A DNA stretch of 64,000 nucleotides from assembly GCA_963666345.1 (NCBI GenBank), contig OY762721.1, positions 3,200,001 through 3,264,000 on the forward strand. Reading direction: 5' to 3'. The notes beneath the pieces are model-generated. The model searched no databases. It was given only the letters and a program-made list of their open reading frames with translations, and had not been told where the DNA came from. Numbering within the stretch: the stretch's first letter is position 1; every line of letters starts with the position of its first letter. Origin of the DNA: Desulfatiglandales bacterium (lineage in GTDB: Bacteria > Desulfobacterota > DSM-4660 > Desulfatiglandales > Desulfatiglandaceae). Shown here one piece after another: positions 47,531 to 57,972 of this stretch. Made by a program: the position numbers and the translations under genes.

Positions 47531-50383
47531 ATGTCAAGAGAATTCATAAAGATAAGAGGCGCAAGACAGCACAACCTTAAAAACATCTCGCTCGATATCC
47601 CCCGCAACAGGCTTGTCGTAATCACAGGACTTTCAGGATCGGGAAAATCCTCGCTCGCCTTTGACACCATTTACGCGGAGGGGCAGAGAAGATATGTGGA
47701 GTCTCTTTCAGCCTACGCAAGACAGTTCCTGGAGCAGGCGGAAAAACCGGACGCAGACTCCATCGAGGGCCTTTCCCCCGCCATATCGATAGAGCAGAGG
47801 ACCTCCAGTAAAAACCCCCGTTCCACGGTGGGCACGGTAACGGAGATTTATGATTACCTTAGGGTCCTTTTTGCCAGGGCGGGCAGACCTTTCTGTCCCA
47901 ACTGCAATCTGGAGATAAAGGCCCAGACCACTCAGGAGATCGTGGACCGGATAATGTCCATTGAAGAAGGGGCAAGGATCCAGGTGCTTGCCCCGCTTGT
48001 GGATGGGAGAAAGGGGGCCCATGCAAAACTTTTTCAGGGACTTAGGAAGGACGGCTTTACCAGGATCAGGATAGACGGTGAGGTAAGACTCCTTGACGAA
48101 GATATCGTGCTGGAAAAAAACAGAAAGCATGATATAGGCGTCATAGTAGACAGGCTCGTCATAAAAAATGAGATCAGGCAGAGACTGACCGATTCCGTTG
48201 AGCTGACCCTGTCACTTTCACAGGGAAAGGTCCTGATCGACCTTGGTGATAAAAAAGAGCTGTTCTTCAATCAGGAGGCCGCCTGCCCGGAGTGCGGTCT
48301 CAGCATTCCTGAACTCACACCACAGATGTTTTCCTTTAACAACCCTAAAGGTGCCTGCCCCGAATGCGGGGGGCTAGGCTCAAAGCGCTATCTTGACCCG
48401 GAACTGATAATTCCCGATCCGAAGAGGTCCCTAAAGCAGGGGGTAGTGGCCCCCTGGGCCGGCAGGAACGGACACTCTTTCTATTATCAGCAGATGCTTG
48501 ACTCGGTATGTAAAAGATATTCCGTTGATCCCTACGGCGCATTTGAAAAGATACCTGAAGAGGTAAGGGGTCTTTTCCTGTATGGTACGGGAAAGGAAGA
48601 TGTGGATTTCAGATTTGAGAGGGATGACAGAAAATACTCATACAAAAGGCCTTTTGAAGGCATTATCCCGAACCTTGAAAGACGTTACAGAGAGACTGAT
48701 TCCTATCAGGTGCGCGAAGAGATCGAAGAGTTCATGAGCATAAGACCCTGTCCCTCCTGTAATGGGGCCAGGTTGAGGCCTGAAACCCTGGCGGTCAGGT
48801 TCAGCGGCAAGGCGATAAACGAGATAACATCCATGTCGGTGGAAAGGGCGGTGGCGTTTTTTGAGCACCTGGAACTGGGTCCCATGGAAAAGGCGGTTGC
48901 CGGCAGGGTCCTAAGGGAGATAGGAAGCCGCCTCGGTTTTCTAAAGGGCGTAGGTCTGGAATATCTCACCATTGATCGCGCGGCCTCAACCCTGTCAGGC
49001 GGTGAAGACCAGAGGATAAGACTTGCCACTCAGATAAGTTCCGGTCTGGCAGGGGTGCTCTACGTGCTTGATGAGCCGAGCATAGGCCTTCACCAGAGAG
49101 ACAACCTGAGGCTTTTAAAAAATCTGAGGCATCTAAAAGAACTCGAAAACACTGTCCTTGTGGTTGAACATGACGCCGAGGCCATCCTGTCGGCCGACCA
49201 TGTCATAGACATGGGCCCCGGGGCCGGTATAAAGGGCGGGGAACTTGTCTTTGAGGGCAGCCCTGAAGAACTTTTAAGGGATGAGAAATCCCTTACGGGA
49301 AAATACCTTTCCGGCAGGCTCAAGATACCGGTGCCTGCGACAAGGAGGAAAAACAGCCGGGGCGCGATCCTGATCAAGGGGGCAAGGGAGAACAACCTTA
49401 AGGGTATCGACGTCCGGATACCGCTTGGAACCCTTACCTGCATTACGGGGGTATCGGGTTCCGGCAAGAGCAGCCTTGTAAACGGGATACTGTTTCCGGC
49501 CTTAAGCCGGCAGCTTTACCGTTCAAAAGCGCGGGTGGGTCCTGTGGAAGGAATAGAAGGCATTCACAGGATCGATAAGGTGGTTAACATAGACCAGAGT
49601 TCAATAGGAAGGACCCCGAGGTCGAATCCCGCCACCTACACAGGGGTCTTTACACATATCAGGGAGCTTTTTTCCATGCTGCCCGATTCAAAGATAAGGG
49701 GGTATAAGGCGGGAAGATTCAGCTTTAATGTAAAAGGGGGAAGATGCGAGGCGTGCAAGGGGGACGGCATAATCAAGATAGAGATGCATTTTCTTCCTGA
49801 CGTGTATATCGCCTGTGAGGCGTGCAAGGGGCTCAGATACAACCGGGAGACACTGGATGTGAGATTCAAGGGGAACAGCATCGCGGATGTCCTTGATATG
49901 ACCGTAAACCAGGCCCTGGGTCTTTTCGGGGCCATCCCTTCCATAGCGGGTAAGCTTCAGACTCTTGTCGATGTCGGGATGGGATACATAAAGCTGGGGC
50001 AGCAGGCAACCACGCTCTCGGGAGGAGAGGCCCAGAGGGTGAAACTGGCAAAAGAACTGAGCAAGAAAAATACCGGCAGGACCCTTTACCTGCTTGATGA
50101 ACCTACCACCGGGCTTCATTTCGAGGATATAAAGAAGCTCCTTGAGGTATTGAATCATCTGGTTGAACTCAATAATACGGTGGTAATCATCGAACATAAT
50201 ATGGATGTCATAAAGACGGCGGACCATGTTATCGATCTGGGCCCGGAAGGGGGGGAGAGGGGCGGAAACGTGGTCGGGTGCGGGACACCTGAAGAGGTCT
50301 CGCGGATCAAGGGCTCTTACACCGGCATGTATCTGAGAAAAATCCTTGAACCTGGCATAAGGCCTTTACATGTTGGGCTTTGA
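47531..50383 (+). CDS. uvrA: Excinuclease ABC subunit A
   Basis: GARQHNLKN, two Walker A motifs (GLSGSGKSS, GVSGSGKSS), LSGGE signatures, zinc fingers. Confidence 0.97.
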   Translation: MSREFIKIRGARQHNLKNISLDIPRNRLVVITGLSGSGKSSLAFDTIYAEGQRRYVESLSAYARQFLEQAEKPDADSIEGLSPAISIEQRTSSKNPRSTVGTVTEIYDYLRVLFARAGRPFCPNCNLEIKAQTTQEIVDRIMSIEEGARIQVLAPLVDGRKGAHAKLFQGLRKDGFTRIRIDGEVRLLDEDIVLEKNRKHDIGVIVDRLVIKNEIRQRLTDSVELTLSLSQGKVLIDLGDKKELFFNQEAACPECGLSIPELTPQMFSFNNPKGACPECGGLGSKRYLDPELIIPDPKRSLKQGVVAPWAGRNGHSFYYQQMLDSVCKRYSVDPYGAFEKIPEEVRGLFLYGTGKEDVDFRFERDDRKYSYKRPFEGIIPNLERRYRETDSYQVREEIEEFMSIRPCPSCNGARLRPETLAVRFSGKAINEITSMSVERAVAFFEHLELGPMEKAVAGRVLREIGSRLGFLKGVGLEYLTIDRAASTLSGGEDQRIRLATQISSGLAGVLYVLDEPSIGLHQRDNLRLLKNLRHLKELENTVLVVEHDAEAILSADHVIDMGPGAGIKGGELVFEGSPEELLRDEKSLTGKYLSGRLKIPVPATRRKNSRGAILIKGARENNLKGIDVRIPLGTLTCITGVSGSGKSSLVNGILFPALSRQLYRSKARVGPVEGIEGIHRIDKVVNIDQSSIGRTPRSNPATYTGVFTHIRELFSMLPDSKIRGYKAGRFSFNVKGGRCEACKGDGIIKIEMHFLPDVYIACEACKGLRYNRETLDVRFKGNSIADVLDMTVNQALGLFGAIPSIAGKLQTLVDVGMGYIKLGQQATTLSGGEAQRVKLAKELSKKNTGRTLYLLDEPTTGLHFEDIKKLLEVLNHLVELNNTVVIIEHNMDVIKTADHVIDLGPEGGERGGNVVGCGTPEEVSRIKGSYTGMYLRKILEPGIRPLHVGL

Positions 50384-50403
50384 CGGAGAGATGGTTTCGC
50401 CGT

Positions 50404-50441
50404 AAAAGAAAAAGGGCCCCGATTTAAGGACCCTTTTTTTT
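50404..50441. terminator. Bidirectional terminator between uvrA and atpE
   Basis: A-run, GGG.CC...GGACCC hairpin, T-run between convergent genes. Confidence 0.65.
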
Positions 50442-50448
50442 GGGTATC

Positions 50449-50814
50449 TTATTTGAACACCTGTTCGATGATCAGATCGAAACTGGGGATCTTGAATACC
50501 ATGATAAAGCAGATGACCAGGGCGTAGATACAGAGGGACTCGATCAGGGCCAGTCCGATGATCATGGTGGTCATAATCTTTCCGCCCGCCTCCGGGTTCC
50601 TGGCAGTACCCTGAAGGGCGCCGTTGATGGCATTTCCCATGCCGATTCCGGTTCCAAGGGCCGCTACCCCTATACCGAAACCGCAGGCAATGGCTATCCC
50701 GAAGAATATCCAGAGTCCCGCCGCCTGAGCGGACCCGTCGGATGCCGCCGCAACCGATGCCATCCCCAGAATCATGAGCCCTGTGAGGATTCCAATAAGT
50801 GTTTTCTTAGACAT
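50449..50814 (-). CDS. atpE: ATP synthase F0 subunit c with N-terminal extension
   Basis: GxGxGxG-like helix, ARNPE loop, ion-binding IESLCIY. Confidence 0.93.
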   Translation of the reverse strand: MSKKTLIGILTGLMILGMASVAAASDGSAQAAGLWIFFGIAIACGFGIGVAALGTGIGMGNAINGALQGTARNPEAGGKIMTTMIIGLALIESLCIYALVICFIMVFKIPSFDLIIEQVFK

Positions 50815-50890
50815 GTAAGCCTCCTTTCAGATTGTTATTGTGGCCTTCTTCCTAAAAGCGCCTTTTAAAAAGGCATGAAAAAACGTTTCA

Positions 50891-51580
50891 TTAATGGGCC
50901 TCTTCCATGGCCCCTACAAAATACATGATTGAAAGCAGCATGAAGACCAGGGCCTGAATAAAGCTCACCAGTATCCCCAGAAAAAGTATCGGGAGCGGGG
51001 CCAGATAAAGACCTGCAAGCCCGAAAAGTATCGTGAGAACCATTTCCTTTCCGAAGATATTGCCGAAGAGCCTGACACTGAGCGACATTATCCTGGCGAA
51101 GTGGCCTATCAGCTCTATCGGGAACATAAGCGGGGCGAGCCACCAGACGGGACCGAAGAAGTGTTTGATATATTTGGCCCCGTGAAATTTTATCCCTATG
51201 ATATGCGTGTATACGAATGTACACAGCGCCAGGGAAAGGGTGGTGTTGAGATTCGCCGTAGGAGAATTGAATCCGGGAACGAGTCCTATCAGATTGGAAA
51301 CCAGGATATAGAGAAACACCGTGGCAATAAAGGGAAAGAAGAACCTTCCCTCCGGACCGGTTATCTCGACCATGAAATTTTCAAGTCCTTCAATGATGAC
51401 CTCCAGGACATTCTGTCCCCTGGTCGGGATAAGCTTGACCCCTTTCGCGAAAAGGACGGCGCAAACGATAAGTATTGCCATAATGAGCCACGAGTGAACT
51501 ACATGAGAATTATTATGCGCGAAATGCTCCAGACCGATCGATGAAAGTATGGCGTCTAAAAAGAAAAGAGGATGCTCCAT
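50891..51580 (-). CDS. atpB: ATP synthase F0 subunit a
   Basis: PTRGQN..E, SPTANLN, SLSVRLFGNI, IQALVFMLLS. Confidence 0.95.
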   Translation of the reverse strand: MEHPLFFLDAILSSIGLEHFAHNNSHVVHSWLIMAILIVCAVLFAKGVKLIPTRGQNVLEVIIEGLENFMVEITGPEGRFFFPFIATVFLYILVSNLIGLVPGFNSPTANLNTTLSLALCTFVYTHIIGIKFHGAKYIKHFFGPVWWLAPLMFPIELIGHFARIMSLSVRLFGNIFGKEMVLTILFGLAGLYLAPLPILFLGILVSFIQALVFMLLSIMYFVGAMEEAH

Positions 51581-51583
51581 TAT

Positions 51584-51976
51584 CTAAATCGCCTCCCTGG
51601 ATGATGGTTTCCAAATTCTGATGATACCCAGACAAAGGATACTTAAGACGATAACTGAAAGACCTATTACAAGGCCGACAGGATGGATCCATTCCCTGCT
51701 GACGAGAAGATATATGATTATTCCCATTACGGCAAGGCGAAGATAGCATTTCCCGATTATAACGGCCTTTTTCGCACGAAAGGTGCCGTCCTGGGCAAAA
51801 CCGTTACGGATGGTCTTCTGAAAAAAATGAAAATTCAGAATTATGAGCAGGCCACCGAGTATTATGCCCATTGTAAAGGATTCGGGCATAAGCATGAAAC
51901 TAACCGAGGCGAGGCCCAGGAGAACTAACCAGTTAAGGATCTTGAGGTTGCTGAACGCTTTCTGCCAATCCATCAA
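51584..51976 (-). CDS. atpI: ATP synthase protein I
   Basis: Four-TM 130 aa protein between the atpZ-like gene and atpB. Confidence 0.8.
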   Translation of the reverse strand: MMDWQKAFSNLKILNWLVLLGLASVSFMLMPESFTMGIILGGLLIILNFHFFQKTIRNGFAQDGTFRAKKAVIIGKCYLRLAVMGIIIYLLVSREWIHPVGLVIGLSVIVLSILCLGIIRIWKPSSREAI

Positions 51977-52191
51977 AGCTTTTTCGCCCTTTTGTAAAGG
52001 ATATAAAGATTCCTGAAGGCAGCCGCTATTCCAAAGCCTAGAAAAATGAGCGAAAACCAGGGCTGGGTATTGAACCTTTTGTCGATATAATAACCCACAA
52101 GCGCCCCGATTGCTATTGACAATGCCATGGCGAACCCGATGGAACTGAGGGATCCTAGGGTCTTGATAGCCTTTTTAAGGTCTTCATCCAT
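51973..52191 (-). CDS. atpZ: AtpZ/AtpI family protein
   Basis: GALVGYYIDKRFNTQPWF...GIAAAFRN. Confidence 0.85.
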   Translation of the reverse strand: MDEDLKKAIKTLGSLSSIGFAMALSIAIGALVGYYIDKRFNTQPWFSLIFLGFGIAAAFRNLYILYKRAKKL

Positions 52192-52280
52192 TTGTCGGAT
52201 CGGGGCTGCTACCTTTTTCGGTAGGTGAAAAACCGAACTGTGTTTATCACAAAATTCCCTTTCTGGTCAACACCTTTTTC

Positions 52281-53561
52281 TTACATCGAACGCATGACCG
52301 CCCCCGCCTTTTCAACCGTATCCCGAATAATTTCCTCGGTATGCGCGGTGGACAGCAGCATGAGTTCATATGGCGAAGGGGCGATGTAGACTCCTCTGGA
52401 AAGCATTCCCCTGTAAAATCTGGCGTAAAGATCTGCGCTTCCCGCCTTTGCGGTGGAAAAATCATAAACAGGAGATGAAGAAAAAAACAGGGTACCCATG
52501 GATCCTATGTGGTTTACGACTGCGGGAACCCCAGCCTTTTTCGCCTCCGCTTCAAGGCCTGAAAAGAACATGTCTCCTATCTTCTGAAGGTACTCATAGG
52601 GCGGATCGTTTTTAAGCACGTTCAGTGTGGCAAGTCCTGCGGCCATCGCAAGCGGGTTGCCCGACAGGGTGCCGGCCTGATAGATGTTACCTTCGGGCGC
52701 CATCTTTGACATGATATCGGCCCTTCCACCGTATGCCCCCACGGGGAGACCTCCTCCGATGATTTTGCCGAGGCATGTTATATCAGGGGGTATCCCGAAT
52801 AGGGACTGGGCGCCTCCCGGGGCCACCCTGAATCCGCTTATTACCTCGTCAAATATGAGGAGCGCCCCGTTATCGGTCGTCAGGGTCCTGAGACCTTCCA
52901 GAAATTCCCTGTCGGGAATTACCAGCCCCATGTTCCCGGGGATAGGCTCAAGAATGACCGCTGCTATTTCACTTCCCATATCGGCGAATATCTTTTTTGC
53001 CTCATCCAGGCTGTTGAACGGAAGTGATATGGTGTGCCTGGCAAGGTCTTTGGGAACCCCGGGGCTTCCGGGGATTCCGAAAGTGGCAACACCTGAACCA
53101 GCCTCTACCAGCAGGCTGTCACCATGACCGTGATAACATCCGTCGAATTTGATTATCTTTTCCCTGCCGGTGTATCCTCTGGCAAGCCTAATTGCGCTCA
53201 TTGCGGCCTCTGTGCCGGAGTTGACCATCCGGATCATTTCTATGGACGGCATCATTTCCACAATGAGTTCGGCCATCTCAATCTCCAGTTCGGTGGGGGC
53301 CCCGTAGCTCGTCCCTTTTGCAAGCTGGGTCTTAACGGCATCCGTCACGTCGGGATGCCCGTGACCCAGGATCATCGGTCCCCAGGAACAGACATAGTCA
53401 TTATATTCGTTTCCATCCGCGTCCTTGATGACGCATCCCCTGGCCCCGGTAATAAAGGGGGGTACCGCTCCTACAGCCTTTCCGGCCCTGACGGGGCTGT
53501 TTACCCCTCCGGGGATGAGTTTTTTTGCCTTTTTAAACAATATTTCCGATTTTGATGACAT
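52281..53561 (-). CDS. hemL: Glutamate-1-semialdehyde 2,1-aminomutase
   Basis: IPGGVNSPVRA, SWGPMILGH, NSGTEA, FDEVISGFR, GKIIGGGLPVG, QAGTLSGNP. Confidence 0.96.
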   Translation of the reverse strand: MSSKSEILFKKAKKLIPGGVNSPVRAGKAVGAVPPFITGARGCVIKDADGNEYNDYVCSWGPMILGHGHPDVTDAVKTQLAKGTSYGAPTELEIEMAELIVEMMPSIEMIRMVNSGTEAAMSAIRLARGYTGREKIIKFDGCYHGHGDSLLVEAGSGVATFGIPGSPGVPKDLARHTISLPFNSLDEAKKIFADMGSEIAAVILEPIPGNMGLVIPDREFLEGLRTLTTDNGALLIFDEVISGFRVAPGGAQSLFGIPPDITCLGKIIGGGLPVGAYGGRADIMSKMAPEGNIYQAGTLSGNPLAMAAGLATLNVLKNDPPYEYLQKIGDMFFSGLEAEAKKAGVPAVVNHIGSMGTLFFSSSPVYDFSTAKAGSADLYARFYRGMLSRGVYIAPSPYELMLLSTAHTEEIIRDTVEKAGAVMRSM

Positions 53562-53648
53562 TCGCCTACCTCTTAGATTTTTTCGTTATAAAAATGTTCT
53601 TCTTAAAGCCGGTTGGGTAAAAGTTGCCCTGTGCCGCCCCTGTTATCC

Positions 53649-54113
53649 CTAAAAATACTCCATGCTCGTCTTTTTAAACTCCTTTTCACTGAAAAGCAGT
53701 ATATAATCGTCTATTTCGATTAAACTGGACATGTCTTCGGCAATGTCATAGCATTGCTGCCTGCTGTTTCCATGTACCATGGTATAGAGATTGTAGGGCC
53801 AGTCCCTGTGTGGGACCCTCTGGTAGCAATGGGTGACCTCCCGGAATTCCGCCATCTTAGTTCCGACTTCGTCCACCCGGTGTTCCGGAACCTTCCATGC
53901 GATCATGGCATTTGAGCTGAAACCCGCCTCCTGATGTCTCAGGGTTGCGCCGAATCTCCTTATGATATTGCGTTTCTTGAGTCTTTTTACTGTATCGATG
54001 AATTCCTGCTCGCTTATGCCGATCTTTTGGGCAAGGATTTTAAAGGGTTTTTTGTGAAGGGGTATGTCACCCTGGATATGAGAAATAATTTTTTTTTCCA
54101 GCTCTTTGGGCAT
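53649..54113 (-). CDS. ahbB: Siroheme decarboxylase subunit (AhbB/NirH-like, Lrp/AsnC fold)
   Basis: IRRFGATLRHQEAGF..NAM, VTHCYQR...WPYNLYTMVH, EFKKTSMEYF; upstream of hemL. Confidence 0.85.
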   Translation of the reverse strand: MPKELEKKIISHIQGDIPLHKKPFKILAQKIGISEQEFIDTVKRLKKRNIIRRFGATLRHQEAGFSSNAMIAWKVPEHRVDEVGTKMAEFREVTHCYQRVPHRDWPYNLYTMVHGNSRQQCYDIAEDMSSLIEIDDYILLFSEKEFKKTSMEYF

Positions 54114-54510
54114 GATTCACCTGTAAAATTGCTGTTTACCCCGGTCCCTTTACAAGACAGTAATATGTAATGCGCGAGTATATTGAGCAAGCAGGATATC
54201 ATGACCCTGATCCACCATCAAGAAATGATATGCCGCTTAAATAATGTAATGCTCAATCGCGGCTGCCCGGCGTCCTGCATCAATCATCTTACCTGTGCCC
54301 GGGGTTAAACCGGAATCGTGGGCCATGTTTGATCTTATTTTTATCAGTTGCCGGGTCTTGGGGTGCCTGGAAATGAGATTCAGGCCATAGGGGTATGCCG
54401 CAAGATAAAAAAACATGGGTTGATTTGCGGGGCAATCTCCTTTTAGTATTTGATTTATTGTGGGAATATCGGATAGTATCTCCTTTGTCAAGACAGATGC
54501 GGTTAATCTT

Positions 54511-54600
54511 GACGGCTTCGTAAAAAGTCCAACTGCCGTCCGACGGGCTCACGGCGTATGAACTTTCTATTGTGCCGTCTCTAATTTTTACGAATGCATT
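54511..54600. mobile_element. MITE-like element, copy 2 (internally shorter)
   Basis: First 25 bp identical to copy 1 (GACGGCTTCGTAAAAAGTCCAACTG); right end TTTTTACGAATGCATT; flanking direct repeat AATCTT. Confidence 0.75.
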
Positions 54601-54751
54601 AATCTTCCCCGTTATTCCCACAGAGCGATTTCGCATGGATTGATGGAGGACCAAAAGACCTGAACCGGACCTTAAGTCGCATTGATTCAACCAAAAGGGA
54701 AACGTGACAGACCGGGAGCAGGGATTTGCGGCCCTGCATGAGGTATTTTTG

Positions 54752-55129
54752 ATGCCTGTTTTTCAGAAGATCGTTGAAAAGAGAATAAAAGAGGCGCAGG
54801 AAAGAGGAGAATTCAATGACCTGCCCGGTAGCGGGAAACCTCTCGAGATCGAAGATGACAGTCGTATACCGGAAGAGCTCAGGCTTGCCCACAAGATACT
54901 CAAGAACGCCGACTGCCTTCCTCCTGACCTGCAGCTGAGAAAGGAGATACGGCAGATGGAGGATATGCTCGATAATATACCGGATGAGAAAGAAAGGTAT
55001 CTTCATATAAAGAAGATTAATTTCAAGATAATGAAGCTTAACATGATGGGCAAAAGTTCCCCTTTTTTAGAGGAGAATCAGATATACTATAAAAAGGTAT
55101 TGGAGAAAACAGGAGACAAGTACCCCTGA
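54752..55129 (+). CDS. DUF1992 / DnaJ-family-associated domain protein
   Basis: IVEKRIKEAQERGEFNDLPGSGKPL...PEELRLAHKILKNA..LPP. Confidence 0.85.
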   Translation: MPVFQKIVEKRIKEAQERGEFNDLPGSGKPLEIEDDSRIPEELRLAHKILKNADCLPPDLQLRKEIRQMEDMLDNIPDEKERYLHIKKINFKIMKLNMMGKSSPFLEENQIYYKKVLEKTGDKYP

Positions 55130-55342
55130 GTCATCATCAGGGTACGCCTGACTCGGCACTGCCCGGCATACTGCCGGCGAAACGGCGGGGCAGACCGAAA
55201 TCCCTTGGGTCGACGTGATACTGCGGATTTTGGGGCAAGGGACGCTAAGAGTAACGGATAGGAGATTTGCATGAACCGGTTATGCAAACAGGAGGGGGTT
55301 CAGCAGACGCTGGATCAAATTAATTGAAAGGAGTGATTTTTT

Positions 55343-56593
55343 ATGGAATGTGATTTTAATGCCTTTAAGATTGCACAGGAACAACTGGATGATGCCGCGG
55401 AGACTCTGGGGCTTGATGAGGCAACCCATGAACTGCTGCGCTGGCCGATGCAGGAGATCAAATTTACCATGCCTGTGAGGATGGATGACGGTTCCACCAA
55501 GATATTTCATGGGTTCAGGATAAAATACAACACGGCCAGGGGGCCTGCAAAGGGGGGCATCCGCTGGCATCCTGATGAGACCATAGATACGGTACGGGCC
55601 CTTTCCGCGTGGATGACCTGGAAGACCTCGGTTGTGGATATCCCGCTTGGAGGAGGAAAGGGCGGAATTATTTGCAACCCCAAGGAGATGTCCGAAACCG
55701 AAAAGGAAAGGCTCGCAAGGGCCTATGTAAGGGCCATAGCAAGGGAGATAGGGGTCACAAAGGATGTGCCCGCCCCAGACGTATACACGACACCTCAGAT
55801 CATGGGCTGGATGATGGATGAGTTTGAGACCATCACGGGTGAAAAGCATCCCGGGGTAATAACGGGAAAACCGATACCGCTCGGCGGCTCGCAGGGAAGA
55901 GGGGACGCCACCGCAAGGGGTGGAGTCTATGTGGCCCAGGAGGCATCCAAGGCGCTCGGGATAGAGCTCAAGGGTGAGGCAATGGCCGTCCAGGGCTTTG
56001 GAAACGCGGGTCAGTTCGCGGCCAGACTTGGCGAAAAGATCCTCGGCATGAAGTTAGTGGCCGCCTCCGATTCAAAGGGCGGGGTCTATAACAGCAAGGG
56101 CCTCAACGTGGAAGAACTTATCTCTCACAAGGAGATAAACGGCAGTGTCACAGGCTTTAAGGGAGCGGAGGCGATCAGTAACGAAGAGCTGCTCGAGATG
56201 GAGGTGCCGATGCTCTTCCCCGCAGCACTTGAAAACGTGATAACCGAGGAAAACGCCCCGAGGCTCAAATGCAAGATCCTGTGCGAACTTGCAAACGGCC
56301 CCACAACTCCTGAGGCGGACGACATCCTTTTTGAAAAAGGGATCTTCGTGCTGCCCGACTTTCTGGCGAACGCGGGCGGGGTTACTGTTTCCTACCTCGA
56401 GCAGGTGCAGAATACCTATAACCTCTACTGGGAGATAGATGAGATCCACTGGAGGCTGAAGGAAAAGATGACCCGCGCCTTTAAGAGCGTATACGAGATG
56501 AGCAAGAACAAGAATACCGATATGCGCAAGGCTGCATATCTGGTGGCCGTTGCAAGGGTTGCCGAGGCGTGCAAGCTGAGAGGCTGGGTATAG
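55343..56593 (+). CDS. gdhA: Glu/Leu/Phe/Val dehydrogenase (glutamate dehydrogenase)
   Basis: RGPAKGGIRWHP, GGGKGG, DVPAPD, QGFGNAG, ELANGP, NAGGVTVSY. Confidence 0.93.
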   Translation: MECDFNAFKIAQEQLDDAAETLGLDEATHELLRWPMQEIKFTMPVRMDDGSTKIFHGFRIKYNTARGPAKGGIRWHPDETIDTVRALSAWMTWKTSVVDIPLGGGKGGIICNPKEMSETEKERLARAYVRAIAREIGVTKDVPAPDVYTTPQIMGWMMDEFETITGEKHPGVITGKPIPLGGSQGRGDATARGGVYVAQEASKALGIELKGEAMAVQGFGNAGQFAARLGEKILGMKLVAASDSKGGVYNSKGLNVEELISHKEINGSVTGFKGAEAISNEELLEMEVPMLFPAALENVITEENAPRLKCKILCELANGPTTPEADDILFEKGIFVLPDFLANAGGVTVSYLEQVQNTYNLYWEIDEIHWRLKEKMTRAFKSVYEMSKNKNTDMRKAAYLVAVARVAEACKLRGWV

Positions 56594-56787
56594 GGCGAAC
56601 TCGAATATCAGGTTGAGCCCGAAGAGGGTCGGTTGTTGAAATCGGGATTCACGGGGTAAAGGATTCGAGTCAGGCACTTGGACACTTGACCCCTGGAATC
56701 CCCGGGCCCTTTTTCAACTATTACGTGGAACAATTTAAGGTCATTTAGGTAGCTTTGACCGCTTTTGCAGGAATGGCTTTTTTTTGA

Positions 56788-57498
56788 ATGGAAAGACTAG
56801 ATCAGAAAATGCATGAAAGATATGTGAAGGCTCTGATGGATATAAGCCAGGCCATCACCTCGGATCTGTACATCGAAGATATCCTCAAGCTGATAGTCAT
56901 GGTAACTGCCAAGGTTACCGGGGTGGAGATCTGCTCTTTATGGTTGATGGATGAGACTCATAGGCCGCCCATGATGAGGCTCAAGGCGACCCAGGCCCTT
57001 GACCCCGTCTACATGAAGGACAGGTCCCTAAATATGGACGAGGGTGTCGTGGGATACGTCGCCACCACCAATGAACCTCTTATCCTTAAGGAGCTCATGA
57101 AGGAGCCCCGGTTCAAGGAAAAGGAGATGGCCAAAAAACTGGGCCTTGTTTCCATGGTAAGCGTGCCCCTCCATGTCAAGGAGGAAAAGGTCATAGGTGT
57201 GCTTAACTGCTTTACCTCCGAGCCTCATGCGTTTTCCGAAACAGAGGTGAACCTCATAACAACGGTGGCCAATCAGGCGGCAATCGCCATCCATAACACC
57301 AGGCTTATAGTCCGTACAAAGGTGATTGAGGAGGAACTGGAGGCCAGAAAAGATATTGAAAAGGCCAAGGAGATACTGATGACGAAAAAGGATCTTCCGG
57401 CCGACAAGGCCTTCAGGTGGCTCCAGAAAAAAAGCATGGACACAAGACAGTCGATAAGAAAGATCGCCGAGGCGGTAATCATTTCACAGGACCTTTAG
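56788..57498 (+). CDS. GAF + ANTAR RNA-binding antiterminator
   Basis: GAF (EGVVGYVA, SVPL, VANQAAIAIHN) followed by ANTAR (RKDIEKAKEILM...AFRWLQKKSMDTR). Confidence 0.9.
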   Translation: MERLDQKMHERYVKALMDISQAITSDLYIEDILKLIVMVTAKVTGVEICSLWLMDETHRPPMMRLKATQALDPVYMKDRSLNMDEGVVGYVATTNEPLILKELMKEPRFKEKEMAKKLGLVSMVSVPLHVKEEKVIGVLNCFTSEPHAFSETEVNLITTVANQAAIAIHNTRLIVRTKVIEEELEARKDIEKAKEILMTKKDLPADKAFRWLQKKSMDTRQSIRKIAEAVIISQDL

Positions 57499-57972
57499 CA
57501 GGTCCCCATCCCATATAACTTCTAATGCGCTGCGGCACGGGCGCTCTTCTTTCGCTTGGTTTGTCGATCGTTTGGACATATAGGATTCTAGGGCTCAAGG
57601 GGCCGAGGGGTCAAGCGTTTCACGTATTTTTCTCCAATACTCAAAACAAATAACCGTCCCAGCCTCACCCCTTAAATGACACCAGGTTTTGAGCCGGTCT
57701 TTTCCCCAGAACAAATTATCTCTCATATTTGAAAGAAAGACACCTGCATCCAAGGCAAACATGGATATGCCGAATATGTCTATAATTTTTAGGGTGGAAG
57801 ATATCCTGTCGGGTTGAAATGAAATCACGGTTCGATTGTCGGCCTACAGAATATCTTTATTATTTTTGGTAGAGATTTCACTGTTGGAATTAATTATAGG
57901 TAATGTTAATATAAATTATTAATGCTAGGGCTTAATTACAGAGACCTCTATTTTTGTTGAAATATTAAAAAG

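Noticed and set aside
50449..50814. Na+-coupled ATP synthase, or a novel long c subunit
   Set aside because: Lacks the Gln and Thr of the Na+ signature (GIGMG, ESLCIY); N-terminal extensions and separate F0 operons are common in this lineage
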